Positions 11,541-22,102 of a DNA stretch of 64,000 nucleotides are shown piece after piece (the stretch's first letter is position 1; each line of letters starts with the position of its first letter). Under the pieces are notes generated by a model, which was not told where the DNA came from, searched no databases, and saw only the letters and a program-made list of their open reading frames with translations. The position numbers and the translations under genes were made by a program. Source of the DNA: a phage; assembly GCA_036253495.1 (NCBI GenBank), contig GCA_036253495.1_4125.1; one strand, 5' to 3'.

Positions 11541-12029
11541 TTATACGGATTCAACAATCCTTGCCATTTTTTCAGCACGAGAAGTTGTTTGACGATACCA
11601 AGCGGAATCACGCATTTCTTTGCCAGCGGTTTTATAATCACCACGACCCAATGCTGCCATTGCTTTCTTAAAGTTCAATACACGAGATTTACCCATTTGG
11701 AATACCATCATCCAAAGTACACGTTGTACTTGAATAGGTGCAGTCATTCCGAATTGATCGTAAATCTCTTTTGCTTCTCTGTATGCATTTAGGGAATCTT
11801 TTTGAAGTAATGCTTCAGCTTCAGCTTCCGTTAGCCCTGCACTGAAATTTTCACCTTTTAGTACTAAGTGACCATATCCAATGGTATCTAGTCCTAGGCT
11901 ATCTTTATAAACTCTGAATTTACCATTCTTGAAATAACCTAATTTAGTTTGGAAAGCAATAGTACCTTCAAACTCTTTAATTTCTTTCAAATACTGTGCA
12001 TCATCAGGTTTAATTTCCCATTTACTCAT
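11541..12029 (-). CDS. T4-type lysozyme (GH24 endolysin-like)
   Basis: 162 aa. KDSLGLDTIGYGH, MVFQMG and SAWYRQTTSRAEKMARIV align with T4 lysozyme KDTEGYYTIGIGH, MVFQMG, SRWYNQTPNRAKRVITTF. Confidence 0.85.
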   Translation of the reverse strand: MSKWEIKPDDAQYLKEIKEFEGTIAFQTKLGYFKNGKFRVYKDSLGLDTIGYGHLVLKGENFSAGLTEAEAEALLQKDSLNAYREAKEIYDQFGMTAPIQVQRVLWMMVFQMGKSRVLNFKKAMAALGRGDYKTAGKEMRDSAWYRQTTSRAEKMARIVESV

Positions 12030-12044
12030 ATACTTCTCCTATAA

Positions 12045-12067
12045 TATTTATTGGATAAAATATTTAT
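12045..12067 (-). promoter_or_regulatory. Putative T4-type late promoter(s) for lysozyme gene
   Basis: Two ATAAATA cores on minus strand 15-40 nt upstream of the lysozyme ATG. Confidence 0.3.
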
Positions 12068-14727
12068 TGACATGCCTCAATTCTACGTGCCATTAACTCT
12101 GCACGACGAGTTGTTTGACGATACCAAGCGGAACTACGTATATGAGCAGCAGCACCACGATAATCACCTTTAGCTAAACATCCAAGCATACCCTTGAATT
12201 TTTGAACTTTGTATTTGCCCATTTGGAATACCATTTGACATAGTACTTGTTGAGCAATAACAGGTGTTTTTAAATCCCAGGCCGCATATATTGATTTGGC
12301 ATCATTAATTGCTTGCGTACTGTCTCGTACTAATATTGCTTCAGCTTCTGCTTCAGTTATACCACCAGAAAAATCTTCACCTCCGACAATAAGGTGTCCA
12401 TATCCAATTGTAGGGAATCCACGGCTATCAATATAACGCCAGAATTTTCCATTTCTGAAATATCCAAGTGCTGTTTGATATTGGATAGTACCTTCGTGTT
12501 CTTTAAGTTCGGATATAAATTGGGAATCACCCGGAGCAACTTTCCATCCAACGGCAGTTTTATCAACATTACCTACATTATAATTTTGTTCAACTTTTGG
12601 AGCGGTTCCTGCATTTCGAGGCTTACGTTCTCTACGACGAGGAACATGACGAGAACCACGTTGTGAATAACCAGTTCCAATAGTTCGTATGCGAGTTGAT
12701 ATTACCAATTCATCACTATCAGCAGATGGTCTGACCACATCTTTAGGGTTATTTTGTGTTGATGGTTGACCACCAATTAATGTTTTATTCGCCGCAGCAG
12801 AACCCTGACCAGTTACAGTTGTGTAGAATAATCCAGGATCAACTGAACCACTAAAACCATAGATATTAGATGAGCGAACTCTTATTTCAAATCGTAATAT
12901 ACCATTAGCAGTTCCTATTACTTGTCCTTTTTCAACAACATCTTTATTGAATAGGTCAGAAGTTAAACCATAGAAAACAGATTTATAACCAGATTTATGC
13001 TCAACAATAAGAGCATCACCACTGATACCAACAATCCCACCATCTGGTGCAACCACACTTCCACGGGCTTGAATTTCCCATCCACTACTATCACGCTTGG
13101 TTCCATTCTCGGTCGTTACACCCTTACCCCAATAACCATTCTGGCGAATAGTACCGCTACATGGCATAAGCATATGCAAACCTTCAAACGTCTGCGAATA
13201 ACCAGTCATTCCTGGTTCAGCCGCCATTAAATCTTGTGTTTGAACTTCACTTGTCTCTGGGGCATAATTTACAAATTGAATTGCTTCTGTTTCTTGTTGC
13301 TCTGCAAGTGTAGGTTGAACATCATTTGCTGGTTGTGGCTCAACTGGAGATGTTGTACTACCTTGACCACCACCACTTATACCAGGATCAACCCTATCAC
13401 CGTGGTTTTCTGCATCTTTCCAGTTAGCAATCATATGAATGTGGTCATTAAGACCCACTGATGGAGTTTTGAAGTCAGGAGCCATGAATGCAGCACTACC
13501 ACTATTACCTGCACTATCAACCGTTAGGTTTTGACCACCACCACTAATGTTAACGGATGAACCACCAATAACGTTTGCTGAGGATGAACCTTTAATAGAT
13601 GCAGTTGACCCAGCCGTAATATCAGTACTGCTACCACTTTGAAGACGTAATGAAGCACCAGTAACCAAACGAAGATCAGCACCAGAATTAATTACAACCT
13701 GACCATTGACCTTAGCATCCAAATTACCGACCAATTCCAGTTTGGTATTTCCACCAACACGAGTATTGAAGTCTTGCCCACTTTCAATATTATAAGAACG
13801 ACCTGCAACCATGTTAATATCTTGACCTGCACGAATGTTTATGTTTTTATCACAGTGCATTTCAATATCACCATCGCCAGTGAATTTAATACGAGCCGTA
13901 CCATCACGGTTAATTAATAAAACATTACCAGTGGCTTCAGAAATAAGAAGTTGTGCACCACTACGTGTTTTAATAACAATACCTTCATTCTTTCTGGAAC
14001 CAACACGAGTGTCATTAACTGGGTTGTTAAATTGTGTGTCTTGGTATCCATCAGGGTCTTGATCCCATGTTGGCTTGGTCAATTCTTCTTCTGTATATCC
14101 ATCATCAAGAATAAAACTATTACCACGAGGTGTACTCATACCATATACAGTACTGGTTGTTTGACGAGTACTGCTGCGGTTTGCAACACCTGCTTCATCA
14201 TCGTATAATAAGTTTTGTTTTTTCAATCCTTCAACAGCAGGAACGTTAATATATTTGTCTTGCATGTCAGTTGTGATTGTGTTACGATCATAATCAGTTA
14301 CTGGTAATGGCATATCAGTACCATTGTAATTGGTATCCGCAGTTGCCATTCCAGGAACCATTGTATTCATACGTTGGTCATAAACACATCCAATCCAGTA
14401 AGCTTGGAATGTACGTGCTTGTGCAAAAATAACAACAACAGTACATCCCACATCTGGTGGAACGGCCCAAAAACCATAACCCTTTGGATATTGTCCATAA
14501 CTATCTGCACTCGGTATTCCTGGAGTTTTGCCAGCAAACGGAGCCATATAAGAAGCTTCAATCCATGAATCTTTAGAGTTTTTATCACTTTGTGAACCTT
14601 GTATCCATACTTTTAGCTTACCAGATTTCGTAGGATCACGGTTATCCATAACGGTTGCTAATTGTGGATAAGATGGGTCAAAACGACCCAACTGTTCCTT
14701 TGCATACTTTTTACTTGTATCTGCCAT
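12064..14727 (-). CDS. Baseplate central spike, gp5-like, with C-terminal GH24 lysozyme domain and a degenerate M23-like domain
   Basis: 887 aa. N-terminal OB/spike-like region, Gly/Ser-rich beta-helix-like repeats (residues ~290-400), M23/LytM-like segment (…IVEHKSGYKSVFYGLT…GQVIGTANGILRFEIR) lacking the HxH motif, and C-terminal ~160 aa paralogous to the adjacent lysozyme (TIGYGH, MVFQMG, SAWYRQTTRRAELMARRI). Confidence 0.75.
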   Translation of the reverse strand: MADTSKKYAKEQLGRFDPSYPQLATVMDNRDPTKSGKLKVWIQGSQSDKNSKDSWIEASYMAPFAGKTPGIPSADSYGQYPKGYGFWAVPPDVGCTVVVIFAQARTFQAYWIGCVYDQRMNTMVPGMATADTNYNGTDMPLPVTDYDRNTITTDMQDKYINVPAVEGLKKQNLLYDDEAGVANRSSTRQTTSTVYGMSTPRGNSFILDDGYTEEELTKPTWDQDPDGYQDTQFNNPVNDTRVGSRKNEGIVIKTRSGAQLLISEATGNVLLINRDGTARIKFTGDGDIEMHCDKNINIRAGQDINMVAGRSYNIESGQDFNTRVGGNTKLELVGNLDAKVNGQVVINSGADLRLVTGASLRLQSGSSTDITAGSTASIKGSSSANVIGGSSVNISGGGQNLTVDSAGNSGSAAFMAPDFKTPSVGLNDHIHMIANWKDAENHGDRVDPGISGGGQGSTTSPVEPQPANDVQPTLAEQQETEAIQFVNYAPETSEVQTQDLMAAEPGMTGYSQTFEGLHMLMPCSGTIRQNGYWGKGVTTENGTKRDSSGWEIQARGSVVAPDGGIVGISGDALIVEHKSGYKSVFYGLTSDLFNKDVVEKGQVIGTANGILRFEIRVRSSNIYGFSGSVDPGLFYTTVTGQGSAAANKTLIGGQPSTQNNPKDVVRPSADSDELVISTRIRTIGTGYSQRGSRHVPRRRERKPRNAGTAPKVEQNYNVGNVDKTAVGWKVAPGDSQFISELKEHEGTIQYQTALGYFRNGKFWRYIDSRGFPTIGYGHLIVGGEDFSGGITEAEAEAILVRDSTQAINDAKSIYAAWDLKTPVIAQQVLCQMVFQMGKYKVQKFKGMLGCLAKGDYRGAAAHIRSSAWYRQTTRRAELMARRIEACQ

Positions 14728-16877
14728 TACTCACCACCTGGGTTTATTATACTATCTTTACGTTTAAGTGCACGAGCGACAATAGCACCTTGAATTTGTT
14801 GCGTGAAAGTACCGTTTGTACCAAAATCATGAATTATTTTGTTTACGCGATAGATTGTTTCGTTGAATGTGGTTGGCGTGGTTATGTCCAAAATACCAGT
14901 ATTATCATTAATAGAAACAACTGGTTGTAATTTCAATAACAAATATGCTTCAGTTGAAATATAATTTGCATATTTGAAATCCTCTGGATTTATATATAAT
15001 GCTTCACCATTTACCAACATATCCAAATATTGAAGATATGCATGATCACCCCACCCCAACCAATATGGGTCACCAATTACACGCATATCCAACTTACACA
15101 TAAATGGACGGTTATAATAGTTGTCGCGTATTTTACGTCTGTCCATTTCATACGTACTACTATTATCGTTATCAGATGCCGATAAAGTTGTATGGTTGTT
15201 TGTAGCTTCAGTTGGTATAGTGAATATTTCACCCCTACGATCACCAATTCCATCAGCACCCATGTCATTTTCTTCATATACACTACGATAATCTTCAATG
15301 TATTCAGGAAGGACATGAACTTTGTAATTCATATAAGCATCTTGTTCTTCTTGATTACCCACACCCATCGCATTTTTTAATTGCTCATCTACTTCATTTA
15401 GTAATGCAGTTTGAGCTTGTGTTATAATTTCCCCTTTACTTCGTGCTTTTCTTATATCACTAGTCTTATTCCACGCATCTAATGGGTTACTATATTGAAC
15501 CCCTTGTATGGTTAATTCCTGTGATGCATGTGTACCACTTCTGTTACCTTGGTCTTGTATTGGACCTGGGTTACGTGTTGTAGCTACATAAAATTGCTGA
15601 TCGAAATTCATATCCAAATCTAATATTTCATTATTCAATCCACTGAATTGATAATTGTATATTTTCATTCTTAACTTTTCTTCATTATCTCTAGGGTCAA
15701 GATAACGTTCAGAGTTTTCTAGGAACGTTTCGAAGTTAAAGTTTTCTGGTTGTAAATCCGATTCATGAACAACATCACCAATTCGAAAACGAACAATATT
15801 AAAAATAACTTTATATACTGATGTATTACGTAAATTATCAAAACCAACATATTGTTTAAGTGGGATTATATTAACAAATTGGCGAACGCTAGTACTATCA
15901 CCTTCACGAACAGTACATGCATCAATAACATCATCAATTATTCTTGATATTGGTGTACTTGGATTCCATGAAAAGTTTTTAGAACCCTGTGAACCATTTT
16001 TTGTTGAAGTTACTTCAGTCATTTGTTTAGAATCATAGTTTATGAACATATCAGCAAGTTCAGGTGCAACTTTAAATTCAAAAAATTTACCTTCTGCCAG
16101 TTCTGGAAATTTCATACACAAATAACCATACTGTTGTTCTGACATTTCATTTAACTTATCTTCCAAATCATAACAAAATGCTCCAAATTGTGCAGCAGTA
16201 CATGAGAATGTTTCTTTTAATGTCCATTCTACGTTATCAACCAATGCAGCACGATTGTGTACTAAGTTAATGGTATATAACATTGTACTACCAGTTGCAC
16301 TGGCACTTGCTTTAACGTTGTTAATCTTCACTGACCAACGTTTTGTAGTGTTTGGTATGACTTGAGGAACACCATCTTCATTATAACCAATGAACTTTAG
16401 TTCAAGGATTAATGGTAAATCCATAAATTTATGATAACGAAGTTTATTACTTAATGATATCAACTCATCGTAAAAACTCATACTATTGTTTTCTGACATA
16501 CTTATTGAAGCAGTATTAAATGTATAGTTTGTTGTCATACCAGGAGTTGAGGGACCAGCTTGCGTCATCTGAACATTTGTGATATTATACTTACCAGTAA
16601 CGCCACTTTCAGTGATTACATAACGTTGGACTTCAGCATCTGGATTTTCCCAGAACATCTTAAAGTCATCTTTATCTAAGGCAAACAAGGTAAAGTGCCA
16701 CGTTGCTGAATTGTATTTTAATAAAACATTTTCATTGTCAATAATAAAATCAGAAATCTTTTTATCGTCATAAATTCTATCAGTATGTGTGCTTTGAATT
16801 GGTTTTGATTGTACGTTACTTACTTTAGCACCATATTTGTTACTCTGACTAGGGTCTAGTCCAATTTTAGTATCCAT
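14727..16877 (-). CDS. Baseplate hub-like structural protein (gp27/gpD position), hypothetical
   Basis: 716-aa ORF with GGAG RBS directly upstream of the spike gene. Assignment by position only. Confidence 0.35.
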   Translation of the reverse strand: MDTKIGLDPSQSNKYGAKVSNVQSKPIQSTHTDRIYDDKKISDFIIDNENVLLKYNSATWHFTLFALDKDDFKMFWENPDAEVQRYVITESGVTGKYNITNVQMTQAGPSTPGMTTNYTFNTASISMSENNSMSFYDELISLSNKLRYHKFMDLPLILELKFIGYNEDGVPQVIPNTTKRWSVKINNVKASASATGSTMLYTINLVHNRAALVDNVEWTLKETFSCTAAQFGAFCYDLEDKLNEMSEQQYGYLCMKFPELAEGKFFEFKVAPELADMFINYDSKQMTEVTSTKNGSQGSKNFSWNPSTPISRIIDDVIDACTVREGDSTSVRQFVNIIPLKQYVGFDNLRNTSVYKVIFNIVRFRIGDVVHESDLQPENFNFETFLENSERYLDPRDNEEKLRMKIYNYQFSGLNNEILDLDMNFDQQFYVATTRNPGPIQDQGNRSGTHASQELTIQGVQYSNPLDAWNKTSDIRKARSKGEIITQAQTALLNEVDEQLKNAMGVGNQEEQDAYMNYKVHVLPEYIEDYRSVYEENDMGADGIGDRRGEIFTIPTEATNNHTTLSASDNDNSSTYEMDRRKIRDNYYNRPFMCKLDMRVIGDPYWLGWGDHAYLQYLDMLVNGEALYINPEDFKYANYISTEAYLLLKLQPVVSINDNTGILDITTPTTFNETIYRVNKIIHDFGTNGTFTQQIQGAIVARALKRKDSIINPGGE

Positions 16878-16888
16878 GTGTTACTCCA

Positions 16889-17203
16889 TTAACCTACACT
16901 GCGTGTACCATTAAGGTATGATTGAATGCGTTGACTTGACGGTACTCTAATAGTTATTCCAGTTTGAAAGTTGTAAATCGGGTCTTCACCCAATAAATCA
17001 GGATTAAGTAAGGCGAATACATAATATAAACGCTCATTACCATACATTTCATACGCTAAACGCCACGGTTGGTGGTTGTACTTTGCAGGTATTTCATAAA
17101 AATCATCAGTATCTGCTGGAATTATGTCACGAGGTAAGGTATAATCCAAATACCACGTCTGTTTAACTTTTGCATAAGGTGAATATTGACTATAGTTTGA
17201 CAT
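16889..17203 (-). CDS. LysM-like baseplate/tail protein (P2 gpX / T4 gp53-type)
   Basis: 104 aa. Segment YEIPAKYNHQPWRLAYEMYGNERLYYVFALLNPDL…FQTGITIRVP resembles a LysM fold. Start overlaps upstream stop (TAATG), GGAGGA RBS. Confidence 0.4.
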   Translation of the reverse strand: MSNYSQYSPYAKVKQTWYLDYTLPRDIIPADTDDFYEIPAKYNHQPWRLAYEMYGNERLYYVFALLNPDLLGEDPIYNFQTGITIRVPSSQRIQSYLNGTRSVG

Positions 17204-17934
17204 TAAATGAATCCTCCATTGCGAAGCATATCACCACGCTTAAATGCGTTAAGATTAAACTTCTTAGTCATAAATTCTGATGTTGGTTGCTCTTCTAATT
17301 GAATAGTTACCGATATCTTTTGTGGAACCCACACTTCATCTTGTGGATTCATGTACCCAGAACTTCTTAATTGTTCAAAAAATTGTCTACTATCCATATC
17401 GGACAAATTAAAAGTACTGTTACTACTATCCAATGGTACTTGAATATAAGAAACATCATTTGGATAGGTAAAATTATATGATTTCATTACTACAGGAATA
17501 TCATTATATGTATAACGACCATACCCACTTAGTAATAGGATTGGTGGTGGTGCACCAGGAACAGCTAAATCGGGGTTATTAGCTGATGCAGCTTTTCTAC
17601 CAAAATCCATCAATGATACAGAGCGAATAAAATGCATACATGCTAAAGTGTATAGAGCTTCAGCAGCAGTATTTGCATAAAATTCACCTTGTATCGTGAA
17701 AATAGTATTACTTGTATTTTTATAGTTGTTATAGTTACTATTTGAATGCACAGGAGACTGTGTTTCATACTGAATACTTCTTTGTTCAGTGATTGTTGGC
17801 GTTACGGTCCATACCAAACCATTGGTTGGACGCAAAAACGATAGTAGTGTTGGGTTGGCTCCGTCACCAAAATCCCCATACACATAGTTAGCACCAGCGG
17901 CTTTAGGTCTTAGTCGGATTCGACGATCAATCAT
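17203..17934 (-). CDS. Hypothetical baseplate-associated protein
   Basis: Track ORF 17203..17961 begins at an upstream ATG with no RBS; the internal ATG at 17934 (MIDRRIRLRPK…) follows a GGAG RBS. Function unknown. Confidence 0.55.
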   Translation of the reverse strand: MIDRRIRLRPKAAGANYVYGDFGDGANPTLLSFLRPTNGLVWTVTPTITEQRSIQYETQSPVHSNSNYNNYKNTSNTIFTIQGEFYANTAAEALYTLACMHFIRSVSLMDFGRKAASANNPDLAVPGAPPPILLLSGYGRYTYNDIPVVMKSYNFTYPNDVSYIQVPLDSSNSTFNLSDMDSRQFFEQLRSSGYMNPQDEVWVPQKISVTIQLEEQPTSEFMTKKFNLNAFKRGDMLRNGGFI

Positions 17935-17967
17935 TTGTGTTACTCCATTACAAGGAAACATTTGAAG

Positions 17968-17975
17968 TATTTATA
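17968..17975 (-). promoter_or_regulatory. T4-type late promoter TATAAATA (minus strand)
   Basis: Exact TATAAATA on minus strand about 35 nt upstream of the baseplate operon start. Confidence 0.45.
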
Positions 17976-17978
17976 GGT

Positions 17979-18006
17979 GGGACAAAGCTGATTTTAGTGC
18001 TATAAT
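17979..18006 (+). promoter_or_regulatory. sigma70-like early promoter, GGGACA-N16-TGcTATAAT
   Basis: GGGACA 17979-17984, 16-nt spacer, extended -10 TGcTATAAT ending 18006. Member of a recurrent motif family (see findings). Confidence 0.5.
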
Positions 18007-18058
18007 ATTAGCGATGGCACACGGATTGTGCCTATTGGTCATTACATGGAGAGTTACA

Positions 18059-18898
18059 ATGATAAACAAGCCGAAGCGTAAGAAGTATCTGAATAACGCA
18101 GACTTATTACGTGAAATACATAAAAGTAAGATATCATACTGCTGGCTTTTGGATAAAAGTTATGGTATGTATGATTATATTGTGTTTCATGAGTCTGAAA
18201 TCACAGAAGAATTACTTGAAAAGGCAAAAGCAGCACGAATCAAACGTTTGAATAATGAAATGCTTGATAGTGTTCGCGAAAAAGAGAATATGAGTGCTAA
18301 GAAAGCAAAGGAATATGCTGATGAGCACGGTCTATTCGTAAATGATGTACCACTGGATGAAGTGGTGATTAGAGTTATCACTGATGAGCACATTCCACCA
18401 GATACACGAGTGAATTTTGAACCATTTAAACATTATATCGTTGATAATGAAGGTATTCTGTATGAAGTTGTTCGTTCACATTGGAAAGGCGACTTGGAAG
18501 ATGGCGATTTCTGCTTAACACATGGTAAAATCACAAATGAACTCGGTAAAATGTTCATTAAACTAGCCGAAGAGATCTCTCACAAATCTAACTACAGAAA
18601 TTATACGTATTTGGATGAAATGATGGGTGATGCTAGAATACAATTAGTTAAAAATGCACTTCTCTTTAAAGAGAGTATCTTGTATAAGAAAGATAAACCC
18701 GCTGTCCAACTAAATCCTTTCTCATACTATACGTCATTCGTTAACAATAGCTTCCGTTCTATTTTGAACAGTGAGAAGAATGTACGTAACATTCGCGACG
18801 ACCTTCTTGAGATGCATGGTTTTACACCATCACATACAAGACAGATTGAAATCGAAATGAATATGATTGAAAGGAAAAATGACGATGGCACTATTTGA
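18059..18898 (+). CDS. Late-transcription sigma factor, gp55-like (putative)
   Basis: Start chosen at ATG 18059 (MINKPKRKKYLNNADLLREIH) after GGAGAG RBS. N-terminus resembles T4 gp55 (…YNYVNNKELLQAI…). Adjacent to gp47/gp46 as in T4. Confidence 0.45.
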   Translation: MINKPKRKKYLNNADLLREIHKSKISYCWLLDKSYGMYDYIVFHESEITEELLEKAKAARIKRLNNEMLDSVREKENMSAKKAKEYADEHGLFVNDVPLDEVVIRVITDEHIPPDTRVNFEPFKHYIVDNEGILYEVVRSHWKGDLEDGDFCLTHGKITNELGKMFIKLAEEISHKSNYRNYTYLDEMMGDARIQLVKNALLFKESILYKKDKPAVQLNPFSYYTSFVNNSFRSILNSEKNVRNIRDDLLEMHGFTPSHTRQIEIEMNMIERKNDDGTI

Positions 18899-19916
18899 TA
18901 AAGCAATTACATTCACTGATATTCATTTAGGATTAAAGAATAACAGTAAGCAGCACAACGAAGATTGTTTGAACTTCATTAAATTTATGATTGATGAAGC
19001 CAAAAAGAAAGGTATTAAAGTATGTGTGTTTATGGGAGATTACTTCCATAACCGCAGCAACATTAATATTCAAACATTAAACTATGGTTTACAAATTCTC
19101 CAATTACTAAATGACAACTTTGATAAAGTTTACTTCTTAGTTGGGAACCATGACATGTATCATAAAAACAAACGCGATATTACAAGTATTAATATGGCAC
19201 AAGTTTATGAAAACATCGAGTTCATTAATGAAATTACTACAATCGACGATTGTACTTTCATTCCATTTATGATTGAAGATGAATACAAAATGCTACCTAA
19301 ATTACAAAGCAAATATGTATTTGGTCATCTTGAATTACCTGGATATTTGCTTAACAAAATGGTAGAAATGCCAGATCATGGCAAAGAGACTGAAGGTTCT
19401 TTTGGTGGTTGTGAGTATGTTTTTAGTGGGCATTTCCATAAACGACAATCAAAACTCACATCCAAAGGAACTCGTGTCATTTATACTGGTAACTGTTTCC
19501 CTCATAACTTCTCAGACACATGGGATGATGCTAGAGGTGTTATGATTCTTGAACACGGTTCAGAACCAACATTCAAATCATGGGATGCTGCACCGAAATA
19601 CAGAACATTTACTTTGTCAGAGCTACTAACTGATCCAAGTTATTACTTACAAGATAACTCTATCTCGAAAGTTCAGGTTGATATTCCAATCACAACTGAT
19701 GAGATTAGTTTTATTCGTGATACTTTTACTAAACTTTATAATATTCGTGAGTTTAACGTTGTTACAAGTAAACAAAGTATCAAAGAACTTTTGGAAGAAG
19801 GTGAACACTTTGAAAGTACTGAATCAGTTGATGAGATAGTTTTACAACAAATCATGGAAATTGATTCTCCAATGTTCGACAAGAATCTACTAATACAAAT
19901 CTATAGATCATTATAA
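18885..19916 (+). CDS. 47: Recombination nuclease subunit gp47 (Mre11/SbcD-like)
   Basis: Phosphoesterase motifs DIHLG, GNHD, GHLEL, SGHFH. Collinear with T4 gp47. Start at ATG 18885 by RBS spacing. Confidence 0.85.
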   Translation: MALFDKAITFTDIHLGLKNNSKQHNEDCLNFIKFMIDEAKKKGIKVCVFMGDYFHNRSNINIQTLNYGLQILQLLNDNFDKVYFLVGNHDMYHKNKRDITSINMAQVYENIEFINEITTIDDCTFIPFMIEDEYKMLPKLQSKYVFGHLELPGYLLNKMVEMPDHGKETEGSFGGCEYVFSGHFHKRQSKLTSKGTRVIYTGNCFPHNFSDTWDDARGVMILEHGSEPTFKSWDAAPKYRTFTLSELLTDPSYYLQDNSISKVQVDIPITTDEISFIRDTFTKLYNIREFNVVTSKQSIKELLEEGEHFESTESVDEIVLQQIMEIDSPMFDKNLLIQIYRSL

Positions 19917-19925
19917 GGGACACGG

Positions 19926-22073
19926 ATGTTAAACATTACACGTATAACAATGAGGAATTTCTTTTCCTTTGGTAATGCACCACAAGTTATTGATTTAAAT
20001 GGTGCTGACATATCTTTAGTACTCGGTCAAAACAATGATGCTGTCATTGAAGGTGGTGATAGTTCTGGTCGTCGTAACGGTGTAGGTAAAAGTGCAATTA
20101 TTCAAGGTCTTGTTTTTGGACTATTTGGAAAAAGTATTGGTAACGATATTAAAATTCCAAACTTAGTTAATAAAACAAATGCTAAAAATTGTGAAGTTAC
20201 CGTTGAGTTCGAGAAAGACGGTATACAATACCTTGTTGAGCGTGGGCGTAGTCCCACATATTTCAATTTCATCACTCTAGGTCAGGACAATAAAGTTCTC
20301 GATGAATCAAGAGGTGAAAAGAAAGATACACAAGAAGATCTAAATGAAATTCTAGGAATCTCTCAATTACTTTTTGAGCACATTGTAGTACTGAATGCTA
20401 ACGTTGAACCTTTCCTTGCTCTTTCTTCACAGAAACAACGTGATATGATTGAAGAGCTATTAGGTATTACCCAATTAACAGAGAAAGCTGAACTGTTAAA
20501 GGATATGAACAAAGAGTCAAAACGTTTAGCTGACCAAGAGAAGTTTAAAATTGAAACAGTTGCAGCAAGTAATGAACGCATTCAACGCAGCATTGAAACC
20601 TTACAGGAACAGGCTAATAAGTTTGAAATTGATAAGGCTAATAGAGTGCAAAAACTAAAAAGTGAATTGGAAGTATACAGTACTTTTGTATTTTCTGATT
20701 TATATGCTGCTGCTGAAGAGAAAGAAGAAGCACTTCTACACATCTCTAAACGTTTACAACTCGAACGTAGAGTTCAAGAACTTGCAGTGAAATATGATCA
20801 GTACGATAGAGAACTAGCCACTAATAAAAATATTATTCAGCATAGTATCGATAAATTAAAAACTATTGATATTGAATCTGAATTAAAAAACCATGAAGAA
20901 ATGGAACTGTGGAAACAACTAGAATCTATCTTAAAAGATAATCAGTTGCAAAAGAATTTCAAAACACAGAAACTAAATTCACTAAATCTTTCGTTGAATG
21001 CTCATATTAAATCTCTTACAGCAGAAGAAGAGAAATTAAAATCAGTTGAGGATAGTAAATGTCCACTTTGTTTATCAGAGTTGGAGCATAATGAGCATGG
21101 TAATGGTATAAAAGATAAGATTAATGATACTATTCGTCTAATCAGAGAAAATATAAGTAAGGTTGAGTTGGAAATTGCAACACTATCAGATGAAATCAAT
21201 GCAATTGAGATATTTGATATGCCCCCTAAACCTGTAACTTTCTATAATACCCTTACCGAAGCCCAAATGCATGACCATAAGCTACAAGAACTTATTAAAA
21301 AGAGTGAGGAAGAACAAATTAACATCTACCGTGATGAACTAATGTCTTCTTATGAGGCTCTTGATGCATTAGAAGTAAAGGAAGTTCCAGATGCGTTGAA
21401 TAAATCAGAAGTTAAAGAGTTAGAAATGACTTTTAACTCACTTACTCAACAACTTGAACGCGAAATGAACACAACTAATACGTTTATTAGTCAGATTAAT
21501 ACTTTAACAACCGATTCGTTGGTTCCTATTGATTATACTGACTTCAATAACCTTGAAAAATTGGCTAATCACCAAGATTTCTTAGTTAAACTATTGCTCA
21601 ATAAGGATAGTTATGTTCGTAAACGTATCATTGAACAAAATATCTCATATTTGAACTCCAGATTGCAGTACTATATTGATATGTGTGGTTCAGAACACAA
21701 TGTGGTCTTCTTGAATGACCTTAGTGTTGAGATTGAGAAGAGTGGACAGTACTTTGACTATAAACAATTGAGTCGTGGAGAACGAACACGTGTTAATATT
21801 GCATTATCATGTGCTTTCCGCGATACTTATGAATCATTATATCAAAGTATTAATATTCTTATCATAGATGAGATGATAGATCAGGGTCTTGATTCAAGTG
21901 GTGTTCTAAGAGTATGGTCAATCTTCCAGGATATGGCTGCTGTACGTGGTAAAAACGTATATGCAATATCTCACAGAGAAGAATTACTATCTAAAACAGA
22001 AAAAATCCTTAAAGTGGTAAAAGAAGACGGTTTCAGTACTGTTGAATATGCTACTCTTGATGATATTTTCTAA
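19926..22073 (+). CDS. 46: Recombination ATPase gp46 (Rad50/SbcC-like)
   Basis: N-terminal Walker A GRRNGVGKSAI, long coiled-coil middle, C-terminal ABC signature region (LSRGERTRVNIAL…IIDEMIDQGLD). Confidence 0.85.
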   Translation: MLNITRITMRNFFSFGNAPQVIDLNGADISLVLGQNNDAVIEGGDSSGRRNGVGKSAIIQGLVFGLFGKSIGNDIKIPNLVNKTNAKNCEVTVEFEKDGIQYLVERGRSPTYFNFITLGQDNKVLDESRGEKKDTQEDLNEILGISQLLFEHIVVLNANVEPFLALSSQKQRDMIEELLGITQLTEKAELLKDMNKESKRLADQEKFKIETVAASNERIQRSIETLQEQANKFEIDKANRVQKLKSELEVYSTFVFSDLYAAAEEKEEALLHISKRLQLERRVQELAVKYDQYDRELATNKNIIQHSIDKLKTIDIESELKNHEEMELWKQLESILKDNQLQKNFKTQKLNSLNLSLNAHIKSLTAEEEKLKSVEDSKCPLCLSELEHNEHGNGIKDKINDTIRLIRENISKVELEIATLSDEINAIEIFDMPPKPVTFYNTLTEAQMHDHKLQELIKKSEEEQINIYRDELMSSYEALDALEVKEVPDALNKSEVKELEMTFNSLTQQLEREMNTTNTFISQINTLTTDSLVPIDYTDFNNLEKLANHQDFLVKLLLNKDSYVRKRIIEQNISYLNSRLQYYIDMCGSEHNVVFLNDLSVEIEKSGQYFDYKQLSRGERTRVNIALSCAFRDTYESLYQSINILIIDEMIDQGLDSSGVLRVWSIFQDMAAVRGKNVYAISHREELLSKTEKILKVVKEDGFSTVEYATLDDIF

Positions 22074-22085
22074 TATAATGAATAA

Positions 22086-22102
22086 AGGGAGCCTTAGCTC
22101 CC
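22086..22102. terminator. Bidirectional intrinsic terminator between convergent gp46 and endonuclease genes
   Basis: Hairpin gggagc-ctta-gctccc flanked by A-run and T-run. The minus-strand gene's stop codon lies in the loop. Confidence 0.6.

Noticed and set aside
18014-18058. ATG at 18014 as start of the gp55-like gene
   Set aside because: It lies only ~8 nt after the -10 element with no RBS, whereas ATG 18059 has a GGAGAG RBS at proper spacing.
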